The notes under the pieces: generated by a model | The model's input: only the letters and a program-made list of their open reading frames with translations | Database searches by the model: none | What the model was told of the DNA's origin: nothing | Assembly: GCA_036400935.1 (NCBI GenBank) | Contig: DASWWW010000005.1 | Coordinates: 21,068-85,067 of the forward strand | Reading direction: 5' to 3' | DNA from: Minisyncoccota bacterium | GTDB lineage: Bacteria; Patescibacteriota; Minisyncoccia; Phycocordibacterales; UBA6065 | DNA length: 64,000 nt | Shown here: positions 47,877 to 57,556 of the stretch, in pieces | Layout of the letters: each line of letters opens with the position of its first letter | Numbering within the stretch: position 1 is the stretch's first letter | Program-made: the position numbers and the translations under genes

Positions 47877-48557
47877 CTAATCCCTAATGTCCCCAATTAT
47901 CTTTCCGTCATCCAATCGCACGATTCGCTTTGCCATCTTTGCATATTCCTCCTCGTGAGTAACCATGATAATGGTCTGGCCCTGCCTGTAGATCTCCTCG
48001 AAGAGCTTCATGACGGTGCGGGACGACTCGTTGTCGAGGTTCGCGGTAGGCTCGTCGGCAAACAGGATGCGAGGCTTGTGAGCCAGCGCGCGGGCGACCG
48101 AGACGCGCTGCTGCTCTCCTCCGGACATCTGGCTCGGCAGGTTGGTCAGGCGGTGCGACAATCCCACGCGCTCGAGCGAGAATTTGGCCTGCGTGTACGC
48201 GTCGGCTTTCGACTTGCCCTGCATCATCAGAGGAATAGCCACGTTCTCGATAGCCGTGAGGTCAGGAAGCAATGCGTAGTCCTGAAATACATAGCCCAGC
48301 TCGTTGAGGCGGAAGGCCGTCTTCTCCTCGGCCGACATGTTGTGAGTATCCTTTCCGAAAATGACGATCTCGCCGCCCGTAGGCTCGTCGAGAAGGCTGA
48401 GCTGATAGAGAAAGGTCGACTTTCCCGCTCCCGATCGCCCCATGATGGCGATGAACTCGCCCTCTTCTGCGGTGAAGTTGACGCCCTTCAGCACCTGCGT
48501 CTCCTTGTCCCCGTTCTTGAAGCTCTTTACCAGATTTTTTACGTTGATGAGTGGCAT
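47877..48557 (-). CDS. ABC transporter ATP-binding protein (LolD/MacB type)
   Basis: GRSGAGKST, MSGGEQQR, ADEPTANLD. Confidence 0.95.
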   Translation of the reverse strand: MPLINVKNLVKSFKNGDKETQVLKGVNFTAEEGEFIAIMGRSGAGKSTFLYQLSLLDEPTGGEIVIFGKDTHNMSAEEKTAFRLNELGYVFQDYALLPDLTAIENVAIPLMMQGKSKADAYTQAKFSLERVGLSHRLTNLPSQMSGGEQQRVSVARALAHKPRILFADEPTANLDNESSRTVMKLFEEIYRQGQTIIMVTHEEEYAKMAKRIVRLDDGKIIGDIRD

Positions 48558-48569
48558 ATGTTTCGGAAA

Positions 48570-49817
48570 TTAGTTTCGTCCAAGGATAGAGTCGAGCGTG
48601 TTCTTGCGCACGATCATACGCGCAGGAATATATCCGGCGATGATGGTAGTTATGATAAGAAGCGCCACGCGGAACAGGGTCGAGCCCAGAGGAGCGACCA
48701 GGATGCCGTCAGAGAATGGAAAGTCGATCGGATGGGCGGCAATGAACGGCTGCAGTACCAGATAGAGCGCCACGAGGCCGATAGCCGACCCGGAGATCGC
48801 GTAGAAGAATGACTGAAAGATGTACGACACCTCAATGGCAACGCCGCTGATACCGATTCCCTTCAGGATTCCTATAAATTTCCTGCGGGTGATGGCATTG
48901 ATGAAGATCACGATGAAGATGGTGATCGAAGCCACGGTAAGGCCGATCGACGAGAGCATGTTTCCGAGGAGCGCGAACGTCGCCTTGATATCCTTGAGGA
49001 ATTTAGGCTGGGCATCCTCGAACGTCTGGACCTTTGCGTAGTCGCCCAGTCCCGATCGCAGCAAGGCGTCGCGCACGACGGTGGCATCGGCGCCCGGCTT
49101 GAGCTTGATAGAGATCTCGTCGACGTTATAGTCGTCGCGACCAATGAGCCCGCGCAGCTGCGAATCGACAAAGAAGATGCGGAATGAGAGCTCGTCCACT
49201 TTTGACTTAACGATTCCCTTTACCGTTACCTCGCGCGTTATGCCGTTAACCTTTACGCGGATCTTGTCGCCGATGTTAACGTTCGAAAGCGTGGTGAATC
49301 CAGGCGACTCGATCGGCAGGTACTTCTTGAGGAAGTTCGCTCCCACGAGCACCTGATCGTAATCAGTCGGGGTAAGGAAAGAGCCCTCTACGACGAAGCG
49401 CTCCATGCCGGTCGTCTCCCTCTCCATGACCGGATTGATGCCGACGAACGAGCCGCCCGCCGATTCGATGTCCTCGGCCTTCGACGCGGTCTTGTAGTTC
49501 GCCTCGATGGTTCCGCCCTGAATGTAGCGCGCGGAATACGCTTCGATTTCAGGCAATGCCGAGATGATCGAGATCACTTTCGGGCTCTGCTCGATATAGT
49601 CCTTCTTTGGCAGGACCGAGATGATGACGTCAGACGTGTAGTAGGTCTTGTTAGCCTCTACCGATCCCTCGATCAGACCGACGAGGATACCGGACACCAC
49701 GGTCAGGTTCAAGAACGTGAGCGTCATCACGAAAATGATGAGGCCCGTAGTCCATTTGCTCGCGCGCAACACCTGGCGCAGCGCGAGAAAGAATCCTATG
49801 CGAATAAATTGCGGCAT
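48570..49817 (-). CDS. FtsX/MacB-like ABC permease
   Basis: Four TM helices plus a large extracellular loop; IGILKGIG. Confidence 0.88.
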   Translation of the reverse strand: MPQFIRIGFFLALRQVLRASKWTTGLIIFVMTLTFLNLTVVSGILVGLIEGSVEANKTYYTSDVIISVLPKKDYIEQSPKVISIISALPEIEAYSARYIQGGTIEANYKTASKAEDIESAGGSFVGINPVMERETTGMERFVVEGSFLTPTDYDQVLVGANFLKKYLPIESPGFTTLSNVNIGDKIRVKVNGITREVTVKGIVKSKVDELSFRIFFVDSQLRGLIGRDDYNVDEISIKLKPGADATVVRDALLRSGLGDYAKVQTFEDAQPKFLKDIKATFALLGNMLSSIGLTVASITIFIVIFINAITRRKFIGILKGIGISGVAIEVSYIFQSFFYAISGSAIGLVALYLVLQPFIAAHPIDFPFSDGILVAPLGSTLFRVALLIITTIIAGYIPARMIVRKNTLDSILGRN

Positions 49818-49825
49818 TATGGTGT

Positions 49826-51277
49826 TTATATAGCCGGATTAAGCAGGATCACGTCCGTCGAATCGACGCCTGAGATGATCTCAATATTCCCTTGGGTATC
49901 GAGCTCGCCCACCTCAACTGTCCGTGTGACGATATCGCCGTTAGCGTCGCGGACCGACACGGTCTTTGCGCCCTTTGCGGTATTCAGTGCCCGCGCAGGC
50001 AAGAGCGTTACATCAGGCTTGCGCAATGTCTCGATAGAGATATTCGAGGTCATACCGGATCGGATGCGCTCGTCGGCTGTATTGAAGGCAAGCTCGATCT
50101 TGTAGGTCGAGACGCCGTCGCGGATGGTCTCTCGAGGCTCGATGCTGCTGATCACGGCGTCAAAGACGGTATCCTTGCCGTAGGCGTCGAGGCTTACCTT
50201 GGCCTTTGCGCCAACGGTGACGCCCGCGACGGAAACCTCGGGCACGAATGCCTCGATCTTGTAATCCTGGCTGATGACGGCGGAGACAATGACGTTAGGG
50301 GCAATAGACTCGCCCGCCTTGGCATCCTGTTTCGAGATGACGCCCGCTATCGGGGATCGCAATGTCATCTTTGAAAGCTTTGCCTGATAGTTTGCTACGG
50401 TCGCTTCGGCTCCGGAAACGCGAGCGGCCTGGACAGGAACGTCAGAGACGTCCGATGTGAGGGTCTTCTCGCCCGTAATCAGGGCCGATGCGGCAGAGTT
50501 TACGTTCTGTCGAGCGGCAGAGACGTCCGATCGGTACTTGTCGATAGAAGCCTGAGTGAGTGATGAATTAGTCTCGAAGCTGTTTACGGCGAGAGATACG
50601 GTATCGAGGAATGATCCGATAGTGCGCAAGTACGATTGGGACGATGTCAGGTCGTTCGGGGTATATGTCGAGGCGCTGAGCTTGTCGATCATGAGCTTCC
50701 ACTTGGCAAGAACTTCGCCGGCGACGATACGCTCGGCATTTACCTTGTCGCGGAGGGTAAGGCTCTTGAAGGCGTAAGTGATGCGAGGGTTCTGAGTGCG
50801 AGGGTCCTCAAAGAACTGGTCCACCTTGTTGAGGACGGCATCGTTCGCGTTCGTGTACGCGTCAAGAATGTCCTGGACCACGCGAGTCTTCGAGTTGGTG
50901 ATCTGGGCCTGAAGCTCGGCGCCGCCAGAGAGCTTTGCCAGTTCGGCTCGGGCAACGTCGAGGTCGGCCTGCGCCTTGAGGAGATCAGCGCGAGTCCCCG
51001 ATCGGTCGAGCTCGACGAGAATCTCGCCTGCCGCGACCTTGTCACCCACCTTCTTATACACGGCCGATACTGTACCGCCCACCTCAAATGCGAGGTCGGC
51101 ATCGTCGCTCGGAACGACCTTGCCCGACAGCTCGACTGTTCGGACGAGATCGCCCTTTACAGGCTGAACCGTCTCTACGGTCGAAGAGCCGCCTGCGGTG
51201 AGGGCGATAATTGCGATAATGATGACCGCCGCCGTCACGATAAGGGCTACCTTCCTGCGTTTAATAAAGGATTTCAT
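49826..51277 (-). CDS. Efflux periplasmic adaptor (HlyD/MacA-like)
   Basis: Lipoyl halves GGTVSAV..KVGD and LRSPIAGVI, long coiled coil. Confidence 0.88.
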   Translation of the reverse strand: MKSFIKRRKVALIVTAAVIIIAIIALTAGGSSTVETVQPVKGDLVRTVELSGKVVPSDDADLAFEVGGTVSAVYKKVGDKVAAGEILVELDRSGTRADLLKAQADLDVARAELAKLSGGAELQAQITNSKTRVVQDILDAYTNANDAVLNKVDQFFEDPRTQNPRITYAFKSLTLRDKVNAERIVAGEVLAKWKLMIDKLSASTYTPNDLTSSQSYLRTIGSFLDTVSLAVNSFETNSSLTQASIDKYRSDVSAARQNVNSAASALITGEKTLTSDVSDVPVQAARVSGAEATVANYQAKLSKMTLRSPIAGVISKQDAKAGESIAPNVIVSAVISQDYKIEAFVPEVSVAGVTVGAKAKVSLDAYGKDTVFDAVISSIEPRETIRDGVSTYKIELAFNTADERIRSGMTSNISIETLRKPDVTLLPARALNTAKGAKTVSVRDANGDIVTRTVEVGELDTQGNIEIISGVDSTDVILLNPAI

Positions 51278-51338
51278 GGGTATTTCGTATAAAAGTTATG
51301 TAAAGCCTATTCTAGCACTTTCGACTTGCCCGGCATAG

Positions 51339-51366
51339 CAAAAGCGCCCCTTACGGGGCGCTTTTG
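51339..51366 (-). terminator. Cold-shock gene terminator
   Basis: CAAAAGCGCCCC-TTAC-GGGGCGCTTTTG. Confidence 0.75.
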
Positions 51367-51372
51367 AGGCTG

Positions 51373-51570
51373 CTACGCCTTTGCGACGTTCGCTGCTGCA
51401 GGACCCTTTGGGCCGTCTACAACTTCGAATGTAACAACGTCTCCGACCTTGAGAGTGTCGAACATGACGCCCCTGAGGTCCTTTGAGTGGAAGAAGAGGT
51501 CCTTCGCTACGCCCTCCTGAGCGATGAAGCCGAATCCTCGGTCCGTAAGAGTCTTGATTGTTCCTTTCAT
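51373..51570 (-). CDS. Cold-shock protein
   Basis: RGFGFI, DLFFH, GPKGPAAANV. Confidence 0.95.
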   Translation of the reverse strand: MKGTIKTLTDRGFGFIAQEGVAKDLFFHSKDLRGVMFDTLKVGDVVTFEVVDGPKGPAAANVAKA

Positions 51571-51634
51571 GATATTTTCTTTTTTGCTATTTGCGAGAAA
51601 CTCGACTATTTCTATACATTTCACACTATCACAC

Positions 51635-52483
51635 CTACTTCAATATAGCCATGAATTTCATGGGGTCTATCGATACGTCGTACAGCCTGACCGTAGTGTG
51701 CAAGTGCGGGCTTTCGGCGTACCCCGTCATGCCCGAAAGCCCGATAGTCTGTCCGGGCAAGACGAGCTCGCCCTCGTTAACGTAAATTTTAGAGAGATGC
51801 ATATAGAAGGTCTGCAGGCCGAGGCCGTGGTCGACGACGATTGTCTTGCCGTAGTTCCTGCCCTCCTGGACAAGGCGCACGACGCCGCGATTCATGGCGA
51901 GTACCTTGGTTCCGGTCGGGGCGCGGAAGTCTGTTCCCTTGTGCGCGATTGCCCGCCCTACTGTCTGGCGCGAATATCCGTACTCGTCCGTGACGACTGG
52001 ATTGGCGACCGGATAGACGAACGGCTTGGTCCAGAATGCATGCGTGCCGGTGCGCAGGTTGAGGAGCGAAGCGTTCTCCTGAGCGAGCGTGCTGACGAGA
52101 GTCGTAGCAGCGGCTGGAGTATTGCCTCCTAATTTCTCGGGAATGCCGAGTGGCGCCTCGATTTTTTTGCGGGCGGCGACGGTTACTGCCCTTGAAATGG
52201 ATGAGCCGTCAGAGAGCTTGGTGGTCACGGTGTAGTCGGCCGGCTTCTTGTTGAGGTCGATTCCGTAGAGGGCGGATGGCTTTCCAGCGCGCGTGAAAAC
52301 GCCGAGCTTCTTAGACTCGAAAGAGATGCCGGAGACGGTCGTAGACGCGGAAAGGCCCTCGATCGTTATGAGGATCGGCTCGCCCTGGATGGGATTTTCA
52401 GGAGTAACGGAGATAGTTGCGGCGGATGCGAGTGCGGGAAGAAAGAATGCTCCCGCGATCAATGTGAATAAGAAACGCTTCAT
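51635..52483 (-). CDS. M23-family metallopeptidase, exported
   Basis: Signal peptide, HKGTD, YMHLS, PHLH. Confidence 0.93.
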   Translation of the reverse strand: MKRFLFTLIAGAFFLPALASAATISVTPENPIQGEPILITIEGLSASTTVSGISFESKKLGVFTRAGKPSALYGIDLNKKPADYTVTTKLSDGSSISRAVTVAARKKIEAPLGIPEKLGGNTPAAATTLVSTLAQENASLLNLRTGTHAFWTKPFVYPVANPVVTDEYGYSRQTVGRAIAHKGTDFRAPTGTKVLAMNRGVVRLVQEGRNYGKTIVVDHGLGLQTFYMHLSKIYVNEGELVLPGQTIGLSGMTGYAESPHLHTTVRLYDVSIDPMKFMAILK

Positions 52484-52538
52484 ATGCATACAGTATACTC
52501 CTATGCCGTATGAGGGGCGGGTTTGCTACAAACAGAAC

Positions 52539-52985
52539 TTATTTACCCAACTCCTCAGCCAATCCAATAAGGAGGCCTTCTGGGCCGCGAACGTAGCAGA
52601 GTCTATACATACTTTCATACTGAACTACTTCGCCCACCGGCTTCGTATCATGCTTCTTGAGCCGTTCGAGTGTCTCGTCAATATCGCTCACGGTAAACAT
52701 GGCACGCAAGTATCCCAAAGAATTCACGGGAGCATTGCGGTGATCGGCGGTTATTGCTGGAGCGATAAATCGTGAAAGCTCCAATCGGCTATGCCCGTCA
52801 GGCGTAACCATCATCGCGATTTCGACCTGCTGATCGCCCAATCCCGTAACGCGTCCGGCCCACTCTCCCTCAATCATTGCGCGCCCCTCCAACCTGAGGC
52901 CGAGCTCAGAGAAAAAAGAAATCGCTTTGTCGAGAGAATCGACTACGATACCGACATTGTCCATTCTGAGTAATTTTGATTTCAT
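52539..52985 (-). CDS. VOC/glyoxalase family protein
   Basis: MDNVGIVV.SLD.AISFF, LELSRF, YVRGPEG. Confidence 0.9.
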   Translation of the reverse strand: MKSKLLRMDNVGIVVDSLDKAISFFSELGLRLEGRAMIEGEWAGRVTGLGDQQVEIAMMVTPDGHSRLELSRFIAPAITADHRNAPVNSLGYLRAMFTVSDIDETLERLKKHDTKPVGEVVQYESMYRLCYVRGPEGLLIGLAEELGK

Positions 52986-53146
52986 ATTCTGTATCATATC
53001 AGGAATCGGCTATCCGTACTTTTCTGCTGAAAAGTCGGACAGCCCGCCCTCGGCCCGTCGGCCTTCGGGCTTCGATTCTGCCCACCGGGCATCACCCATC
53101 GGACAGAAAAAGACACCCAGAATTGGGTGTCTTTTTCTGTCCGATG

Positions 53147-54961
53147 TGAGCCTTCTCGTGATAGAACCAATATGATTTGTTGCACTGTAAGGATATTCCT
53201 GGTATTAGAAATAGATTTCAAACGACCCTTCTCGAGCACCTAAAATGAGCCTAATACGCATTGTCCCAACAAGTTGTTAGCGCCTTATGTACCAGTGGCA
53301 TATCCTCTTCAAATTGTTCTTTTTCAATTCCTTTTCCGACGTTTTTTGCCCTGGTTTGTTTTTGTCTTGATGTTAGATTATGACCGACAGATTCTTGCCA
53401 TCGATGATTATGTCCGTTCACTTGTTCAGGTCTTGCAATTGGATAATATTCTTCGAGGCTAGCCACGGATAGCTCAATGACTTGTTCATCTTTTATACCC
53501 GGATACTTTCTTCTGAATTCTTGATACTTACTTAATTTCTCCTCAGAAATTTTATCAACCAAAATTACAACTCTGTCGGCGTAAAGGGTCGCATTCAATG
53601 GAGCAAAAGTTTCGGCAAGTTTCTCAAAAACCCTATCTACTTTTTCAATATCACCCCAGACAGGTATAACCTGTATATTTTTCTTGTCGGGATAATGTCT
53701 ATCAATCACTAATGACAAGAAATCTCTATCACTCGTGCCTTCTACCAAAATAAAATTCGCTGGTAACAACAAGTCCGCAGGACTTCCACCAAGGAGGTCA
53801 TACACAACATCTTTCTTGAGTCCTTCTACAACAGGCTCAACGTCAGTTTTCTTTTCTGTTTTTTGAACTCGCAATACAGTTTGCTTTTTACATTCATCAG
53901 CAATAAGAACAGACGAGTGTGTTGATATAAAAACCTGATCACCTCCAGTCGCTAGTTCCAACAGAGCTTTTTTAAGATTTCTTTGAGCTGTAGGATGTAA
54001 ATGTAGCTCCGCCTCGTCGATTATGAAGAGGAAATTTTTGATACCTTCACTTTCTCTACGATGCTCTGCGTAAGTTTGAAAAATAGCAAGCATTAAAGCA
54101 CGTTGCATACCGTCTCCTTTATCAGAAGCAGGAGTATTATGGCCGTCATCAACGTCTACTTCAAAGTTTTTAAGTAGTTCATCCAGCTTTGGATTACTAA
54201 CACTAAATTCAACTTTGTCACATTCTGGAAACTGAACTTTAAGATAAGACTCCACCGTGCCAGCCATTGTCTTAAGCTTCTTGCCTACGAGCGAACCAGA
54301 GTCACCGAAAAGACGATTAAAGAGTCTTACGAACTCTTTATATTCCTCATCTTCGGAATACAGAATTTCGTTCACCACGCTTCCCAGCATGAGTCCAATT
54401 TCAGTTTTGGGCCCATACTTCGCTACATCTTTTAGATGATTACTTGTTTTTACAAACTGCAGTGTTGGAAGAAAATCATTTAGAAAGTTGTTTGCACCAG
54501 TACCGGTAGTTATGTACTCTTCCGTACTTGGATCCCACAAAAGTCGCTCCTGCTTATCCTTATCTGAAACTCTAGCGATTATTCTTGCAGTATTAGCGCC
54601 GTTAAGCTTTGACGTGAGTGTGGTTTTGTTTTTCTCATTCTTCATGTGTTCAAGCCCAGACTCAATATCAGTAAATTCGATCACGACACTAATGTCTTTC
54701 TTGTCTTTACTTCTATGAACTATCTCCTCTAACTTACCAGCGCCGTTATAAAACCACTCGATTGCTGACAAAACATTAGTTTTTCCATGATTATTTTGCC
54801 CAATCAAAACAGTAAAATCAGAGGCAGAAAAAGAGGCCTTCTCTATAGATTTAAAGTTGTTTATCTCTACTTTAGATATTTTCATGTAATCAAGTATACC
54901 TAAAAAACTCTCATAATGAGATTTTTTAATCCTTCTCGAGTACTCGAACTAGCTCTCTAAT
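53147..54961. mobile_element. AT-rich mini-island at the tRNA-Glu 3' end
   Basis: Sharp GC drop; degenerate copy of the tRNA-Glu 3' end at about 53147-53169 (16/23). Confidence 0.6.
53251..54885 (-). CDS. OLD-family ABC-ATPase/TOPRIM nuclease
   Basis: INNFKSI, GQNNHGKT, KGDGMQR, IDEAELHLHP, STHS, LVEGTSD. Confidence 0.88.
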   Translation of the reverse strand: MKISKVEINNFKSIEKASFSASDFTVLIGQNNHGKTNVLSAIEWFYNGAGKLEEIVHRSKDKKDISVVIEFTDIESGLEHMKNEKNKTTLTSKLNGANTARIIARVSDKDKQERLLWDPSTEEYITTGTGANNFLNDFLPTLQFVKTSNHLKDVAKYGPKTEIGLMLGSVVNEILYSEDEEYKEFVRLFNRLFGDSGSLVGKKLKTMAGTVESYLKVQFPECDKVEFSVSNPKLDELLKNFEVDVDDGHNTPASDKGDGMQRALMLAIFQTYAEHRRESEGIKNFLFIIDEAELHLHPTAQRNLKKALLELATGGDQVFISTHSSVLIADECKKQTVLRVQKTEKKTDVEPVVEGLKKDVVYDLLGGSPADLLLPANFILVEGTSDRDFLSLVIDRHYPDKKNIQVIPVWGDIEKVDRVFEKLAETFAPLNATLYADRVVILVDKISEEKLSKYQEFRRKYPGIKDEQVIELSVASLEEYYPIARPEQVNGHNHRWQESVGHNLTSRQKQTRAKNVGKGIEKEQFEEDMPLVHKALTTCWDNAY

Positions 54962-55036
54962 TGGTGACCCTACGGGGAATCGAACCCCGATTACAGCCTT
55001 GAAAAGGCCGTGTCCTAACCATTAGACGATAGGGCC
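54962..55036 (-). tRNA. tRNA-Glu(TTC)
   Basis: Minus-strand cloverleaf, loop TTTTCAA, encoded CCA. Confidence 0.94.
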
Positions 55037-55123
55037 GTCGTTCCGCTTTTCGCAGGCCTCAAATATAGCATTTTTTGCGCAATTGGCAAAAAATGCTAGG
55101 ATAACCAGCACTGCAGACCAATT

Positions 55124-55210
55124 GGAGAGATGGCAGAGTGGTCGAATGCACCAGTTTCGAAAACTGGCAGGGGTGAAAGCTCCTCGGGAGTTCGAATCTC
55201 CCTCTCTCCG
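55124..55210 (+). tRNA. tRNA-Ser(CGA)
   Basis: GGAGAGA/TCTCTCC stem, CCAGT-TTCGAAA-ACTGG arm, long variable arm. Confidence 0.94.
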
Positions 55211-55285
55211 CCCAACGAAAATCGCAGATAAAAATCTGTGATTTTTATTACCGCAAACAAGGGAAAGTGTGCTAGATTCTAGCGC

Positions 55286-56155
55286 ATGAATGAATCTCTA
55301 CGAGAGCGCATCGCCGAATACGACCGACCAAAACGAAAAGCGCTCTCGAGCCGCTTCCCTTTTCTTGTGGGGCCGGCCACCTTTGTCAGGAAGGCTCAGC
55401 GACACATCAAGAATCTCGCGACTATCAAGAAGCTGAAGAGGGTCGAAGAAATATTTCCATCGGTCGTCGCGAGACACTCCAGTCCGCTCTATCGCAAATT
55501 GGGATCGAGCGACGACAGGCTTCAGAAGAATAAGGTAATTAACCTCGCCAAGGCTATCGAGAAGCTCGACGGCCTCGTCATCCCACCCGGCGAGACATTC
55601 TCGCTCTGGAAGGCGATCGGATCAGTCACGAAAAGAAAGGGCTATGTGAGCGGCATGCTCCTCTCGAACGGAAAAGTATCTGAGGGCATCGGCGGCGGGC
55701 TCTGCCAGCTTTCCAATTTCCTTTACTGGATCTTCCTTCACGCCGACACGCAGATCAACGAGCGCCACCATCATTCGGTTGACGTATTCCCAGACTCGGG
55801 ACGCACGCTCCCCTTCGGCAGCGGCGCCACCATTTTCCACAATTATCTCGACCTCAAAGTAAAAAATACCTCGAAGCGCCCTCTGCAAATCCAGCTCTGG
55901 CTTACCGATAATGCGCTCAGGGGCATGCTCCTGTCGGACGCGCCGGCCGAAAACAAATTCCACGTATTCGAGAGGAACCACCATTTCATAAAATCAGGCG
56001 AAAGATATTTCAGATATAACGAGATCTATCGAGAGAAACTCTTGCGCGGACAGAAAGTCTCCGAGGAAAAGATAATCACCAATTTTGCGCCCGTAGTCTA
56101 CGAGATAGACGAAACCGCGCTCAGGGAGCGCGGTCACGAAATCGTCTATATCTAA
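55286..56155 (+). CDS. VanW family protein
   Basis: IPPGETFSLW, GGGLCQLS, ERHHHS. Confidence 0.9.
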   Translation: MNESLRERIAEYDRPKRKALSSRFPFLVGPATFVRKAQRHIKNLATIKKLKRVEEIFPSVVARHSSPLYRKLGSSDDRLQKNKVINLAKAIEKLDGLVIPPGETFSLWKAIGSVTKRKGYVSGMLLSNGKVSEGIGGGLCQLSNFLYWIFLHADTQINERHHHSVDVFPDSGRTLPFGSGATIFHNYLDLKVKNTSKRPLQIQLWLTDNALRGMLLSDAPAENKFHVFERNHHFIKSGERYFRYNEIYREKLLRGQKVSEEKIITNFAPVVYEIDETALRERGHEIVYI

Positions 56156-56163
56156 CGAGATGC

Positions 56164-56985
56164 TTATTTCTTTATATCCGTATCGGGGCTCGTTGTAGTG
56201 CCGGCCATGACGCCGCCGTCGACGATCAATTCAGAGCCCGTAGTGTATGAAGATTCGTCAGAGGCGAGGAACAAGACCGCATACGCGACCTCGTCAGGAG
56301 TGCCGAATCGCTTCATTGGGATATCCTTTGCGAATTTCGCATGATTCGTTTCGAAATCTGCGCCGGTGCCGAGCATGCTCTTCCACATCGCAGTCATAAT
56401 CGACGCCGGATGGACCGAGTTGCAGCGGATCTTGTAGCCCTGCTGCGCGCAGTAGAGAGCGACGGACTTGGTGTGATTGCGAATCGCCGCCTTTGTCGAG
56501 GCATAAGCCGCCGCGCCCGGGACGCCGACATTGCCCGATCGCGAAGACATGTTCACGATCGATCCCCCGTTCCCCTTCATGGCAGCGATCGCGTACTTGC
56601 AGCCGAGGAAGACGCTGTCGAGATTGATCTTGTGGACGAGCTGCCAGTCGGCGAGCGTCGCGTGCTCCGGGTTCTGCGTCCCCTTTCCGAGGATGCCGGC
56701 ATTGTTCACGAGGATGTGCAGGCCGCCGAGCTTGCTCGTAGTTTCTGCGACCGCTGCCTTCCACGAATCCTCGCTGCTCACGTCGAGCTTGATGAAGATG
56801 CCGCCGAATTCCGCCGCGGTCGCCTGGCCAAGAACCTCGTTTATGTCAGCGACAACGACCTTCGCGCCCTCTCGCGCCAAAAGGCCGCCGATGGACTTGC
56901 CGATGCCGTCCGCCCCGCCCGTGACTAACGCAACCTTGCCTGCAACTCGCCCGACCGAATCCGCCATAGCATCTTTTTTTGTCAT
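56164..56985 (-). CDS. Short-chain dehydrogenase/reductase
   Basis: [17 protein letters not shown]. Confidence 0.95.
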   Translation of the reverse strand: MTKKDAMADSVGRVAGKVALVTGGADGIGKSIGGLLAREGAKVVVADINEVLGQATAAEFGGIFIKLDVSSEDSWKAAVAETTSKLGGLHILVNNAGILGKGTQNPEHATLADWQLVHKINLDSVFLGCKYAIAAMKGNGGSIVNMSSRSGNVGVPGAAAYASTKAAIRNHTKSVALYCAQQGYKIRCNSVHPASIMTAMWKSMLGTGADFETNHAKFAKDIPMKRFGTPDEVAYAVLFLASDESSYTTGSELIVDGGVMAGTTTSPDTDIKK

Positions 56986-57109
56986 AGAAAGGGATTATAA
57001 CATCGGCGTAATGTATACCCAAGAATCTTCGGCTTATAGGCTACAGGCAGCCTCAAGCCTCGCTTATGATTGCCCACATACTCACATATCTTATATACTT
57101 AAGGCCATT

Positions 57110-57445
57110 ATGGCAGACGTACAACCGACTCAAGACAAGGAAAAGAGTGGCTTTATCTATTTCATCCGCACGCAGGGAGTCGTCGGCTTGGCCGTCGGTC
57201 TCATGCTCGGAGGAGCCGTCACGACCTTCGTCAATTCCGTCATAAAGAACCTGATCAATCCCCTGCTCGGCATCGCCCTCGGCCAAGCCAAGAATCTCAC
57301 CGAGGCCAGCTTCACCGTCCTCGACGCAAAGATCATGTACGGCACCGTCATCCTCGACACCATCAACTTCATAGTCATCGCCGCGCTGATCTACTTCTGC
57401 GTCACCAAACTGCGCCTCAACAGGCTTGATAAGCCGAAAAATTAG
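57110..57445 (+). CDS. mscL: Large-conductance mechanosensitive channel
   Basis: VVGLAVGLMLGGA, INPLLG, INFIVIA. Confidence 0.85.
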   Translation: MADVQPTQDKEKSGFIYFIRTQGVVGLAVGLMLGGAVTTFVNSVIKNLINPLLGIALGQAKNLTEASFTVLDAKIMYGTVILDTINFIVIAALIYFCVTKLRLNRLDKPKN

Positions 57446-57481
57446 TGTAAAGTAGTCGTACAAGGCCGTTAAAAGCCTGTT

Positions 57482-57554
57482 GCGCGGTTAGCTCAGTTGG
57501 TAGAGCATCTCATTGACGTTGAGAGGGTCATAGGTTCAAGTCCTATACCGCGCA
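57482..57554 (+). tRNA. tRNA-Val(GAC)
   Basis: GCGCGGT/ACCGCGC stem, TCTCA-TTGACGT-TGAGA arm. Confidence 0.95.
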
Positions 57555-57556
57555 CT

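Noticed and set aside
55286-56155. Vancomycin resistance cluster
   Set aside because: The VanW-family gene is alone, with no vanHAX or vanRS genes
56531-57109. Long N-terminal extension of MscL
   Set aside because: Antisense to the SDR gene; the real start is probably ATG 57110, downstream of TATACT
57497-57556. N-terminal extension of TsaD in the ORF track
   Set aside because: It lies inside tRNA-Val; the family-typical start is MKILGIETS at 57557
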